A DNA stretch of 62,111 nt, the filler included, from Hausera hauseri (taxonomy: Eukaryota): the NCBI GenBank assembly GCA_046269625.1. It is 11 parts of 11 records of this genome, joined end to end, with 100 filler letters (N's around TTAATTAATTAA, not from the genome) between each part and the next. Parts side by side here need not be neighbours in the genome. Positions count along the whole stretch, not along the records: positions 35,210 to 46,604 come from JBJURY010105542.1; positions 46,705 to 52,930 come from JBJURY010123095.1; 9 more parts are not named here. One strand, given 5' to 3'. The stretch's first letter is position 1, and the number at the start of each line of letters is the position of its first letter. The notes beneath the pieces were generated by a model that saw only the letters and a program-made list of their open reading frames with translations, had not been told where the DNA came from and ran no database searches. Below are positions 36,813-47,875 of the stretch, one piece after another. Both the position numbers and the translations under genes were made by a program.

Positions 36813-38795
36813 GTGGTAAGGAATTTAATACCAACTAACTCAGCGCGAGACAGTAAATCAAATTGGATGTTTAAACTAATAACTCTTATGGTGTTAGTAA
36901 AACAACTTGGTTCAATCACGGTATATGACTGTGATAAGTTTAAAATAGGTCAAAAATATTCTGTGATGGATCTGGAGTTGTGTGAGGATGCCAGACCCCA
37001 CAAGTTAGTAACCATTGAGACAAAGTATTTTTTGTACCAACAACGCAAACTAATCGCAATAGATGGAATAGAGTGCATGTTACGACGATCACAAAGCATT
37101 TTCCACTATGGAAATGTGCACGGACATTCATCAATCGTAAAGCCAACGATGCCACGAATACGTATGAATTTAGATCGACAACAATGCAAACAAGCCAAGA
37201 AAACAGGAAGATTGAGATTGGATGGGATGGCGTTAGAATCCCAGCCAGAAAGGATAATTCTGGTGTACAAAGTAGCAATTGGGAAATTTGACATTCACAC
37301 TGGATACTGTAAAGAAGGTGAATACGATACAGGAAAAGGAAGAAAATCAGGAATAATAGTAGTTGATTTCTATGAGACAAAGATGAGGAACCAAAAGATG
37401 ATGTTTTGTAGCGTTACAAAAACATATACAGAAAATCAGAAGTGTCATATCCACGACGGTGCATGTACTTTCCGAAATTCGATAGTTATTTGGACTCCGC
37501 CACCTATGAATGATTATAACTGTATTAAAATAAAAGAGGTAAATTTGAACAGAACCACGGAAAAAAAATATGTAGACAAAACCGACAATAATGCCAGGTC
37601 AAGGAAGGACGTCGCTGAGGAGTCTACACCCACGATTCTGATCTCCAAAGATCACGGATTAAAGTTCATTAAAAGGCAAATGCTTTCTAGATGTAATGTA
37701 GTAATGTGCTGACACAAATTATGGAGCCTTCTTCGTAGCAGAAGTAGCAATAACTACTTTTGCTTTGGAACACAAGATGTAAGAATAGAAGATTACTTGA
37801 AGAATAGAGATGATTACTTCTATTATAAAGGGCAAATTGGACTAGCAGACTTATATCGCAAGATGATTGCAAACGACTGTAAATTGGACATAAAAATTAT
37901 GAGAACCAAACTAGCCTTAATCTATACAAATCCAGAACTGGCGTCACCTGTAATTCCGATGAATGTAGGCATTTTCGGAAGAGTTACCAGAGAAGTTCTG
38001 TTGACCTACAAATGCAAAAAACGAAATGTATCCCTGAAAGTGGAGGAAAAACGTTGTATCCAAGAATTGCTTGTTATATATCAGAAAGTATCTCCATTGG
38101 CTATGTCACTTACAAGAGTTTTGCTAGAAAACTCGACACAGCCAACAATTTTGAAAGAATGCAAAGCAGGTTTAGGGGAACCTATGTTTAAGGGAAGTGA
38201 GACAGATTGGGTAAGCGTGCCAAATGGGGGAATAATAGCTACGCCTTGTAAATTAACTGGAACAAATTTGTTAAAAGGAATAACAGACGATAAGTTTGCC
38301 GACACTGCAAGTAAAGGGATTTACAGACCCAAGGAAATTGAAGCCTTCGGACATTTCTTAGCCTTCCCTCAACAGCGTTCGCATGAGTTAAATAGAGTCC
38401 TGTCAACGGTGATGGATGTCACCCGCTATCAAACAAAATGGGAATTTCTACTTGGCGTTAATCATTATCAAAGAGTCACTACAGAAATACTACATAAAAT
38501 CTGCGGAAGATTTTTAATTTTTGGACAAGCTGCATCAGGATTTTTCGCTATCTACTTTTCGGTACAACTCGTAAAGGCTGTAATTCAATCTATCATAAAT
38601 GACTATGAAATATTTACACTAACCGGATTTTCATGCGAAATTTTTATCGCGATCATACCGCCGTTTGGAAAATTTTTGAAGGCCTACGAAGAAAACAGAT
38701 GGAAAAGCGATGTGGAGAGACACGTTGGTTATTATAATCGGAAACGAAAGAGAAAACTTATATTTTTTATAGGACAAAGAATGACAAAAATTTGA
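36813..38795 (+). pseudogene. env: Envelope glycoprotein of the chuvirus / herpes gB-like (class III fusogen) type, interrupted by in-frame stops at about 37710-37790
   Basis: Signal-like MFKLITLMVLVKQLG, then ITVYDC...YSVMDLELC, IECMLRRSQSIFHYG...HSSIV, QQCKQAKKTG, GYCKEGEY, LYRKMIANDCKLD, EVLLTYKC, CIQELLV, ASKGIYRPKEIEAFGHFLAFP, RFLIFGQAASGFFAIYFSVQLVKAVIQSII. These motifs are colinear with chuvirus-type glycoproteins. Both track ORFs are in the same frame. Confidence 0.85.
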
Positions 38796-39329
38796 AAAAA
38801 GCTATTTGGATGATGATGAGCCTAAGGCAGGAGACGCGATCTCCAAGATAAGCAATCGTAAGACGCTTAGGCCACCTCTGCCAATGCTGCCCCCTTCCGC
38901 ACCGCAATACGAAGACAGCGATAAGAGATTTATTATCTCATATAGTTCGAAATCTACCAAAAGCCTTTGAGTAACGAAGATCCCTATGAAGGGACAAAAC
39001 AATACCGCGTGTTGCGGAAAATGTGCCAAATTAAAGAAAAATCTGATTTATGCCGCTAATCGGTGGATGATCACAGAATGACATAGTCCCCAAGGATTTC
39101 AAGGAATATAGAAACTAAATCATTAATTTGAGATAATCCACGAATGCAATCCTTCCATAACCAAAACAACCGAGAACTGCTAATGCAATACACCGAAACG
39201 AGACAACGAAAACAGTGTAAATAATGGATTATATCCCATTGAGGAATTAAGACAAGTAGCCGAGAATAAAGCACCAGTAATAAGTATAAATGGGTACAAG
39301 ATATCCGTCGTTAAACAACCTAAGATAAA

Positions 39330-41590
39330 AGAAGGTAAACCTTTCGACAAAATTAGTATTGACGATTGGGAAGTATACGCACTAGTAGATAGCGGGTCAG
39401 AGAAATAATTTATAAAGGAGGGATCGATACCAAAAACACTACGGAATCAACCACGTTTACCACAAGCAACCGACCCCGGAAGTATAGAAGCTTTCTGACA
39501 AGAATCACGACCAAAATTTAAGTGGAATCCTAATCTTAAAATAATGGGACAAACATTCCAACATGAATTTTCTATAATGGAACACCTAAACGACGACGTA
39601 GTATTAGGGTGTGATATATTAATACGTCTACCGAACGTCGCGATAGATTTGAATACCTCAAAGTTAGTCGAGCTCGGAACAATGAAAGGAACTAAGATTA
39701 ATAAGGAAAAAGAACCCAAAGAAGTATGGATTCCGGTCGAAAGGAACATTCCGCCTAGAAAGAAATTGTTTATATTCGTGCAAATCTGTCAAGAAAATGA
39801 TTTGCCAATATACTTTGATCCGGAAGAAACGCTAAATCCAAGTATAATATTAAGCAATGTAATAACTCGAGTAGCATCAGGTCGAATACCCGTAAGGATA
39901 GTGAATAATGCTCAAATTTCAGTAAGATTATATGATAACACTACTCTAGGGCATACCTACAAAGTATTAGCAACAACGGTTGAAGAGAAACCGTTTAAAT
40001 ACGCTGAATTTCCATCACACGTCGATACGAAGTTTTCACCAGAAGCTTATTGCCAGTTTTACGAATTATTATGTCGATATAAATCAATTATTGCAAAGGA
40101 CGAAGAAGGCATAGGCCGAGCAAAGACGTTAAAATTAACTATACCCCTTAAGAAAAAGCCTGGTTCCAACGATGAAATCAATCTCGTGGAACAGAAAATG
40201 CCAAAATTGTCTCCGCCGTCACATTCCCTAAGATCGGAGATAACCAAAGAGGTAGAACGTATGTTAAAGGCCGATACAATCCGACCAAGTTTCAAATCAT
40301 GGTATTCACCTATTCTTATGGTTAAAAAGAAGGGTACCACGAAACATCGATTTTGTATCCATTATAGAGCATTAAATACTCTCATGATAAAAGATTCTTT
40401 TCCCTTACCATCTGTGAAAGAGGCTCTATATAGATTATCAGGTGCAAAATGGTTTACCACTTTGGACTTACAATCCGGATACTCGCAAGTAAAGATTGAG
40501 GATGAAAATCGCTATAAAACCGCATTTAAAACTTATGACGGCGTATACAAGTTCAACGTTATGCCGTTTGGAATTACTACTGGACCAGCCATATTTACCA
40601 AGATGATGAATAAAATGTTAATGGGAATTGAACATGCATTTGCGTACTTAGATGACGTAATGATTGCATCAAAAGACGAAAAGGAGCATCTGAAGGACAT
40701 TGAAGACACTATTATAAGATTAGAACAAGCCGAGTTTAAACTAAACCCAAAAAAATGCAAATGGATCTAAAACGCCGTGCCCTATCTTGGCTATATAGTT
40801 GAAGAAGGAGGATCCAAGCCTGACAAATCATTACTGAATAAAATTTCAGATAGTATGAAACCTCGGAACCAAAAGGAATTGGGACACTGGTTAGGTATAT
40901 GTGGATATTTGCTACCTAAGTACTGGATTACTCAAAAAATTAATGCACCATTATACCGATTATTGAAAAAGGGAACGAATTGAAGATGGACCGATGTTGA
41001 ACAAAAGATGTTCGACGAAATGAAGAAGATACTAACTAGCGAACCGGTACTTAGATATCCTGACCTAACCTTACCGTTTATTATTAAAACAGACGCAAGT
41101 AAAGAAGGTATTGGATATAAATTGATACAAAAACACGAAGACGAAGAACTAGAATACCAAATCGCTTATTGAGTACGCTCCCTGAAGAAAGCAGAGAATA
41201 ACTATTCAGTGACAGAACTAGAAACATTAGCAGTAAAAGAAGTCTTAAAGCATTTTAACGTTTACGTATATGGACAGAAGATAATAATAGTTACCGATCA
41301 TAAGAGAGTTACAACTTTAAAGAGACGAGCAAACAACCCTGCGTGTAGGTTGAATAGATGGATTGAAAGGATCTCGAGATATAATATTGAATTCCAATAT
41401 AAACCTGGTGTGAAGCATGTTGATGCGGATGCGTTGTCACGACTAAAAACGAAAACAAGTGCTATTGTGACGATGAAAAAAACCAGATGGACGAGTTAGT
41501 AGATCAACAACGAACCTTAGCGTTGAACAAATTCTATTGGCCTAGTATATATATTGATGTGAAAAATTGGGTAAGCGCTTGCGAAGTGCC
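39330..41590 (+). pseudogene. pol: Ty3/Gypsy pol: aspartic protease, RT, RNase H and a remnant of the integrase zinc finger
   Basis: ALVDSGS (39379-39399), VVLGCDIL, WYSPILMVKKK...RFCIHYRALN, LDLQSGYSQV, MPFGITTGPAIF, YLDDVMI, IKTDAS, ELETLAV, YKPGVKHVDADALSR, then KFYWPSIYIDVKNWVSACEV before an abrupt join to LTR sequence. Confidence 0.95.
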
Positions 41591-41723
41591 GTAATTCTAA
41601 TAAGAGTGTTAGAATTTATCTGCTCTTATAATTGCACTTCAAACTGAAATTTGTTTATTGTTATAGTTGGGTGCTGGATAGAGCTCACCTTTAACTACTA
41701 ACATTTGGCGACCCTGGCATGAC
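41590..41723 (+). promoter_or_regulatory. Truncated LTR 3' end (ends ...CTAACA at 41703) and PBS, probably tRNA-Arg
   Basis: ACTAACA-TT-TGGCGACCCTGGCATGAC (PBS 41706-41723), followed by gag. Confidence 0.7.
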
Positions 41724-41887
41724 AGTTTGCATTTGCTGCACTTTGACTCTTAGTGAAAAGTAACGACATATTATCGGTCAGCGCTACCACATTGAATAAT
41801 TGATTATAGAATTGTATGAACTTAAATTTTGGGAATTAGAAGAAACCCTCAGTAAATTAACAAAATACTATTGAAATAAGAACGAAT

Positions 41888-44800
41888 ATGGATAGGCATA
41901 AGTCAGACGATAGCTTAAGCGTAATTCTAAACGATAAAGAAAATATTAATCTACGTGAAACGCGCAACAAAGTTTATAGACATGATAAAACGTTGAGTAG
42001 ACGTACCTTATCGGAAACGAATTTAGCTAATATTGAACCTATTGATTTAAACGTTGTTGAACAGCCTATAGGATTTAAATTTCCTTATAAAAGAATTAGA
42101 ATTCTTAAGTTAATTAAGCAAAATTTAATAAACGTCAAAACATGGTTGAGAATCAAGCAGTATCGCAGAAGCTGGACATTTTTACATTTGACTCGCTGAA
42201 TCTGCCGGCTTACAAGGGAGACACGGACGGACTTAATAAGTTCTTTTGAACCTATAAGTTACACGCAGAAGGTGCTGGACTCATATATGACGTAATGATT
42301 AAACGTTTGTCACTATATTTGAAAAATTTGGGCGCTGATGCTTACAGTGAACTCACTGATGATGAGAAGAAATCCTAATCCTCCGTGGCAGGAGCCTTAA
42401 ACCGAAAATTATTGCCGGCAGTAACTCTGCAGCAAAAACTCGTGGCCTTCCAGAAAAGCGTGCAATAGAAAGGTGAATCGACAACCCACGTAATGATGAT
42501 GATGCAGTTAATAAAGGGTACGTGGTCTAGAGACATAGTGAAACAGTTGATTTTAGCACGACCGGAAAATTTTGACAAAACCTTGCAGTTAGCCCAGGAC
42601 TTAGAAATGGCATTGGACAGATATGCTAGAAACATCGATAGAAATGCTAGAAACAATGATCGAAATGATCGCAATTATAGAAATTGGAATGATAATCATG
42701 GTAGAAATGATAGGCGATTTAATAAAAATAATGGAAATAGAAATCAGAACGGCAATAATGATTATAGAAGTAATCAATATGGTAACCGGAATTTTGACAA
42801 TGACCGAAAAAGCGCATCTAGCAAACCAAACAATAGCACTGATAGAAGTTCAGGTGGTCGCAGAAATTTTAAAAATTGAAACCGTTACAATGATAATCGA
42901 AGTTATGGTAATCGTCAGAATGGGGATACGATACTAGTTCCGTTGAATCAGAATTATAACAGAAATCCGAGCAGATCAAAATCTCCAATAAATGAGGATG
43001 GTCGACAAAGGGTTGGTAGAAATGGAAACCTAATTTGTTACACCTTTGGACAAGAAGGACACGTAGCAAGGTCTTGTCCAAATCCATGAAGCGTTTTGTT
43101 TGTTGAGCCTAACAAAACTTATGCAATTGTGAATGAAAATCTAGAAGCAATTTATTGTATCCGTAAGGACACGGGTATGATTATCGATATACAAGATTTA
43201 CGACGTTTCTTGAAGGCCCAGCCTGATACTAATGATCCCAAAGTCTTAATGGCCAGGAATGAGTATGAGCACAAATTACGATTACTAGAAGAATATCATG
43301 GCCTTCGTGACTCAGAAACTGAATATGAACGTTCTATCGCCCCACAAAGGCTTACCGATATGGGACGGAAAAAGAATGTCCCTGCGTCTAATAAAGAGAG
43401 AGAGAAACCGGAAAAATCTCAAACTTCGAATGAAGTAGATTTAGATGCAGAACCGGAATATATTGTAGAAAAAGTAATCAAAACTATAGAAGTCGACGAA
43501 GAAAAAGAATCTATAAAATCGTTAATATTTAAAATTACAAAGAATACAGGCCTCAGCCCATCGTTACAGTGAAAACGTAAAGATCGTTCACGATCTCCGA
43601 TGACTAAAGGAAAGTCACACAGAGCCAATGAAACTGAAGTAGCTTTAGGAAGCTACTTATAGTTCATATTAAATACCCCGGAAATGGGGTTAGTCGCTCC
43701 TGTTAGGATAGAACAGTTAACAAAATCGGTAAATAAAATTAATGAGATATGTCCACTACCTACTAGTGAAGAAGAGATAGAATAAAGTGAGAGGTTCGAT
43801 CAGAAACAGTGGAAAATCAGACATTCATGGAAAAATGCTAATGAAGTAAAGAAAATGAGAATTAATCGCCTCGACACAGGAATATTACAACAGATTCTAG
43901 AGAAACTTAAAGAAATAAGCGAAGAAGTAGACATTTCTGGAAAAAGCAGCAATTTGTAGAAAGATTATATAAGAAGATGAAAATATGTAGTAAAGGAAAA
44001 CTAAGCGAAGCTATAAACCTGGAGCAACCTAAGGAAGTGTCCCCAGAAATGTTAGGAAAATGGAAATACGAATTAGAAACGTAGATAAAAAATGGCGTTA
44101 AGTCTCCAGAGGCGTGGAACAAACATACAGAGAATGTCGAAGTAAAAATAAATAAAGTCCAAACATTATTAACTACATTAGAAGTCAATTTGAAACTAAA
44201 GAGGGTAACACGTAACCTGGAACGCGTCATGAATAAAATTAGATTTGGAATGATTCAGCAACTCAAGGAAAAACCGGAAAAAGAACGAAGCGAAATTGAT
44301 CTGAAAATATTGTTCACAAACTCGCTAGATATCCCACCCTTAATGGAGATGATAAAAATCGCTTCCACCGCATCAAAATAATATAAAAGTCTGGAAAACC
44401 GTATTAAGATAGAAAAGGAATATAGGTCGCAAATATACAGCTTGGGAAATAGAATTATGTGTATGAATAATAAGGAAACACAGAACGTAATTAAAGCTTG
44501 TATCGTTGAACTCGATGAGTATAAAGATGAGTTTCACTATGCCAACCAGATTATTGGCTTTATTAAAGGTCCGGATGATGAATTGGATGACGCTTACAAA
44601 ACACTAGATAAAGCAATACTGGCAAAACCGATAATCGCTAATCAGCTAAAGGAGTGGTCCCGACTAATAATGAGACTGAGTGAATTAGTAGAGAGCCGTA
44701 TAAAAGAATTTCTTGAAAGTGAACCTACAGTACAGAAGCAATTAGAAGAAAATACAAAAAAACTAGATACAATGAGAGCGGAAATAGACATCAGAACTCA

Positions 44801-46604
44801 ATTTGATGCATTATGCCAATTAAAATTTATGAAAACCAAACAAGAAATGAAGATACTGGAGAACATATACAAAATGATCGAAGAAACGAACTTTACAGAA
44901 AAGTTGAACATGATCTGTAACTTCCATCCGAGATTAAGGAATGTTTGCTTAGAAGGAATCCAACATTTGACAGCTAAACCTATCGAACAAATCACAATTC
45001 GGGATCTTGAAATCTTGGACTTTTATCCGGAACATCGATCAGCTATAAAAGAGGCAATAGAATTCCTACACAAACCCTAAGAGTGGGTGATAGGGACAGA
45101 TCAAAGATGTCATACTAAACTGACAAAAATAAAAAATGACTACCACCTCAGCTTTGAAGTAGTCAAGTTTGTAAATTGGTTGCTCGATGCTATAGATCCA
45201 GACTCAAAACTTATTAATGAGATGTATAAATTAGCACTACTAATAGTGGAAACGGCAGAAATTAGTGATGAGAAAATAAGACAAGTGATGGCTTAGATAC
45301 GATGAGTCGAAGAAACTTGTATTAAAACCAAATAGAGAGCGATAAGATTAGACGAACTAGTTAAAGAACTCGAAATTTATATAGCTAAGTATGCCCTTAC
45401 AGACTTAGAAAAAGCCAATAAGTCACAATTTGTGCAAATGTGCAAAGAGACGTAGTCTCTGAATTAATTAATTATAAAGAGAAGAAATTGATCCAGGCCG
45501 AGCAATTATGTCAGCTGTTAACATTATTGCAGCAAATGTTCGGCAGTGGACGTTGCTTTCGTACGACACAAATGGATAAAATGCAACGTAAATTACGCGA
45601 ATTAAGAGGATCAGCACGGAATTCGGAAGTGGCTTAGCTAGTGGACAGGTTAACAGTTGATTACAGACTGTCAGATAGCGAAAACGAACTAGAATGGGAT
45701 GCGTACTTAAACGCAATGATTTCTGAAAATTCGAAAACCCCCACATGTTTGTACGAGACGAAGACTTGTCCACAAGATAGGAGATTCAGTGTGGAAATGC
45801 TTCTGGATTCAGAGAAAACTGAAAAGGACTTAATTAAATTAATTAATGTAAATCTTACTTAAAATCAATTAAGGCAGCTAGTTTCTACTCTAACTAAATT
45901 ATCTAGCGAAGGTACAATCTATAGTGCCGTACCGAAACTTTTTAAGGACCAAACCCGAAGAGACAGTTAAAGTAAAAATATCGTTGGACCCGATGGACAA
46001 GAAAGCGCAAGAGTTTACTACGCGCTCTGTCGTAAGAGACGTGGTACAGTGGCTAATGAGTAACGGTTGCGCAAGTGAATTGGACTATAAACTTTACTTT
46101 AGAGGTAGAATATTAGACGAACTGGAAGAATTAATAGACGTCGGAATTATGCGAGGTGAAACAAATCGAATAGTAGTAACGGTCGCTATGGAGGAGACAA
46201 AAGAAGAAGCCACAAGGAGGGCTAAAACAGATCAGTGTGTAGGACAAATCGTGGGAGTTCGACATGTAGCAATGTACATTGAGTACTTGCAAACGGACGG
46301 AGAAAAACAGTATGATAAGAATCTAGTGTCATCTAGCGAGAACGTACCAGTTATAGAAAAACAGAAGCGTCCTGTTGGTAGACTGCGAAAGGCACGAGAA
46401 GAGACTGATTTTAACGGGGATTTAATTAGGGAGTTGACGCAATTGTTCATACCAACTTTTAGTACAGAAAACGAAGAGCTGAATGAACTTATGAAAAACT
46501 TGATACGCATAGTAAACCATTCTAGTCTCTGTGGCGATGTATTAGATAAAAAAGAGAAATCTGTATACAATTCAGCCAAAACAATGAGAAATTTCCGATG
46601 CAAA
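41888..46604 (+). pseudogene. gag: Decayed gag plus a long accessory polyprotein region (N/R-rich linker, CCHC knuckle, predicted helical/coiled-coil region, ubiquitin-like module) of a large Gypsy element
   Basis: LPAYKGDTDGLNKFF, KRLSLYLKNLGADAYSEL, ARPENFDKTLQLAQDLE; ICYTFGQEGHVARSCP at about 43035-43080; E/K/L-rich ORFs 43096-45640; Ubl-like VKVKISLD...YKLYFRGRILDELEELIDVGIMRGETNRIVV. No pol within 4.7 kb of the gag start. Confidence 0.8.
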
Positions 46605-46704
46605 NNNNNNNNNNNNNNNNNNNNNNNNNNNNNNNNNNNNNNNNNNNNTTAATTAATTAANNNNNNNNNNNNNNNNNNNNNNNNNNNNNNNNNNNNNNNN
46701 NNNN

Positions 46705-47280
46705 GCATACGCAAATTCGAAACAATTTGTACTTCGAATTTCAATATTCGAATCATCGTAACCGGAATGAACTCGCTGACCGTTATGCAGCCAATAAAAT
46801 TTGCTACTCGAATAAGTAGCCGTACATGTAAACGTTAAGCTGTCCAGAAGTTTTTTCAACATGGACTGGCAAAATATAAATTGCAGCTGAGTCATAAACT
46901 TTTAACGTAAACGTAGCTATTTTAACAGATTTATTGCCAGCCTGATATGTTCCAGAGTCCTTTTTGGAAGCGTCGAAAATCCGCAGATTTCCATTTTTGG
47001 TTGAACCACCTCGTACTTCGAATCCTTTGCATTAACGCCAACTATGATCTTCTGATCTTTGTTTAACATTTTAAACCATGTCACGTTAGCTGTCCGTGGT
47101 AATGTACACCATGGAAGTTCAATGTCAGTTCCCGATTGAACACTTATTGTTTCGCCATTGTAGGCAATTTTCATGAGATGAGTCTCATACGAGAAAGATT
47201 CGATTTGTTTGAGAAAATTGGGGACGGGATCCCACTTCTGACACCAATGTAATTCCAGCATTGTAAGCCTTAAATCCAAC
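46705..47280 (-). pseudogene. Immunoglobulin-superfamily exon(s) with apparent frameshifts
   Basis: ISVQSGTDIELPWCTLPRTANVTWFK and LTFTCTATYSSSKFYWLHNGQRV are Ig C/W motifs in different frames; an acceptor-like TTGACAG lies at about 47280. Confidence 0.6.
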
Positions 47281-47875
47281 TGTCAATAACAACAACAATT
47301 TTATTTCTTTTCTGAACTATTTTTAAAATAATAAAAAATCCATTAACAGTCAAATGTCAATTTTTCAAGTGTCTAAATTTTTTAAGGAAGTCGATTTCTG
47401 ATATCTTTCATGTATACAAAGGAGGTAGGGCAATGTAGGTTTGAGTCAATGATTCAACTGTAACCATTAGTATGATAGCGCTAAGCATCCTGAATATCAG
47501 AAGTAGTACTTGTTTGAAAGCACCAATCTTGTCAGACTTTGATAAAACCAATCGAAGAAATTTCAAGATACCGTGTCGAGACAAACTCTTCATCGTTCAC
47601 CATACATTCATAAGGCCTTTTCAAAATATAGCTGTGCCATCTTGATGCCTAACCAGTGGCAAAATTCTATTTCCTTTAAATGATTTCCAATGGAATTCGT
47701 AACTTTGACGTTTCTGATCATTGCAATTTGATTGTTTTCTGATGTTGATGTATCGTCGAATGTTGATTACAACGACAAACATAACAGAAAACTGCACATA
47801 TTATGATTAGTATTTAACTGAAATTATTGATTTGAAATTAACAACCAGATTAACAAAATTAAGAGCATATTCACA

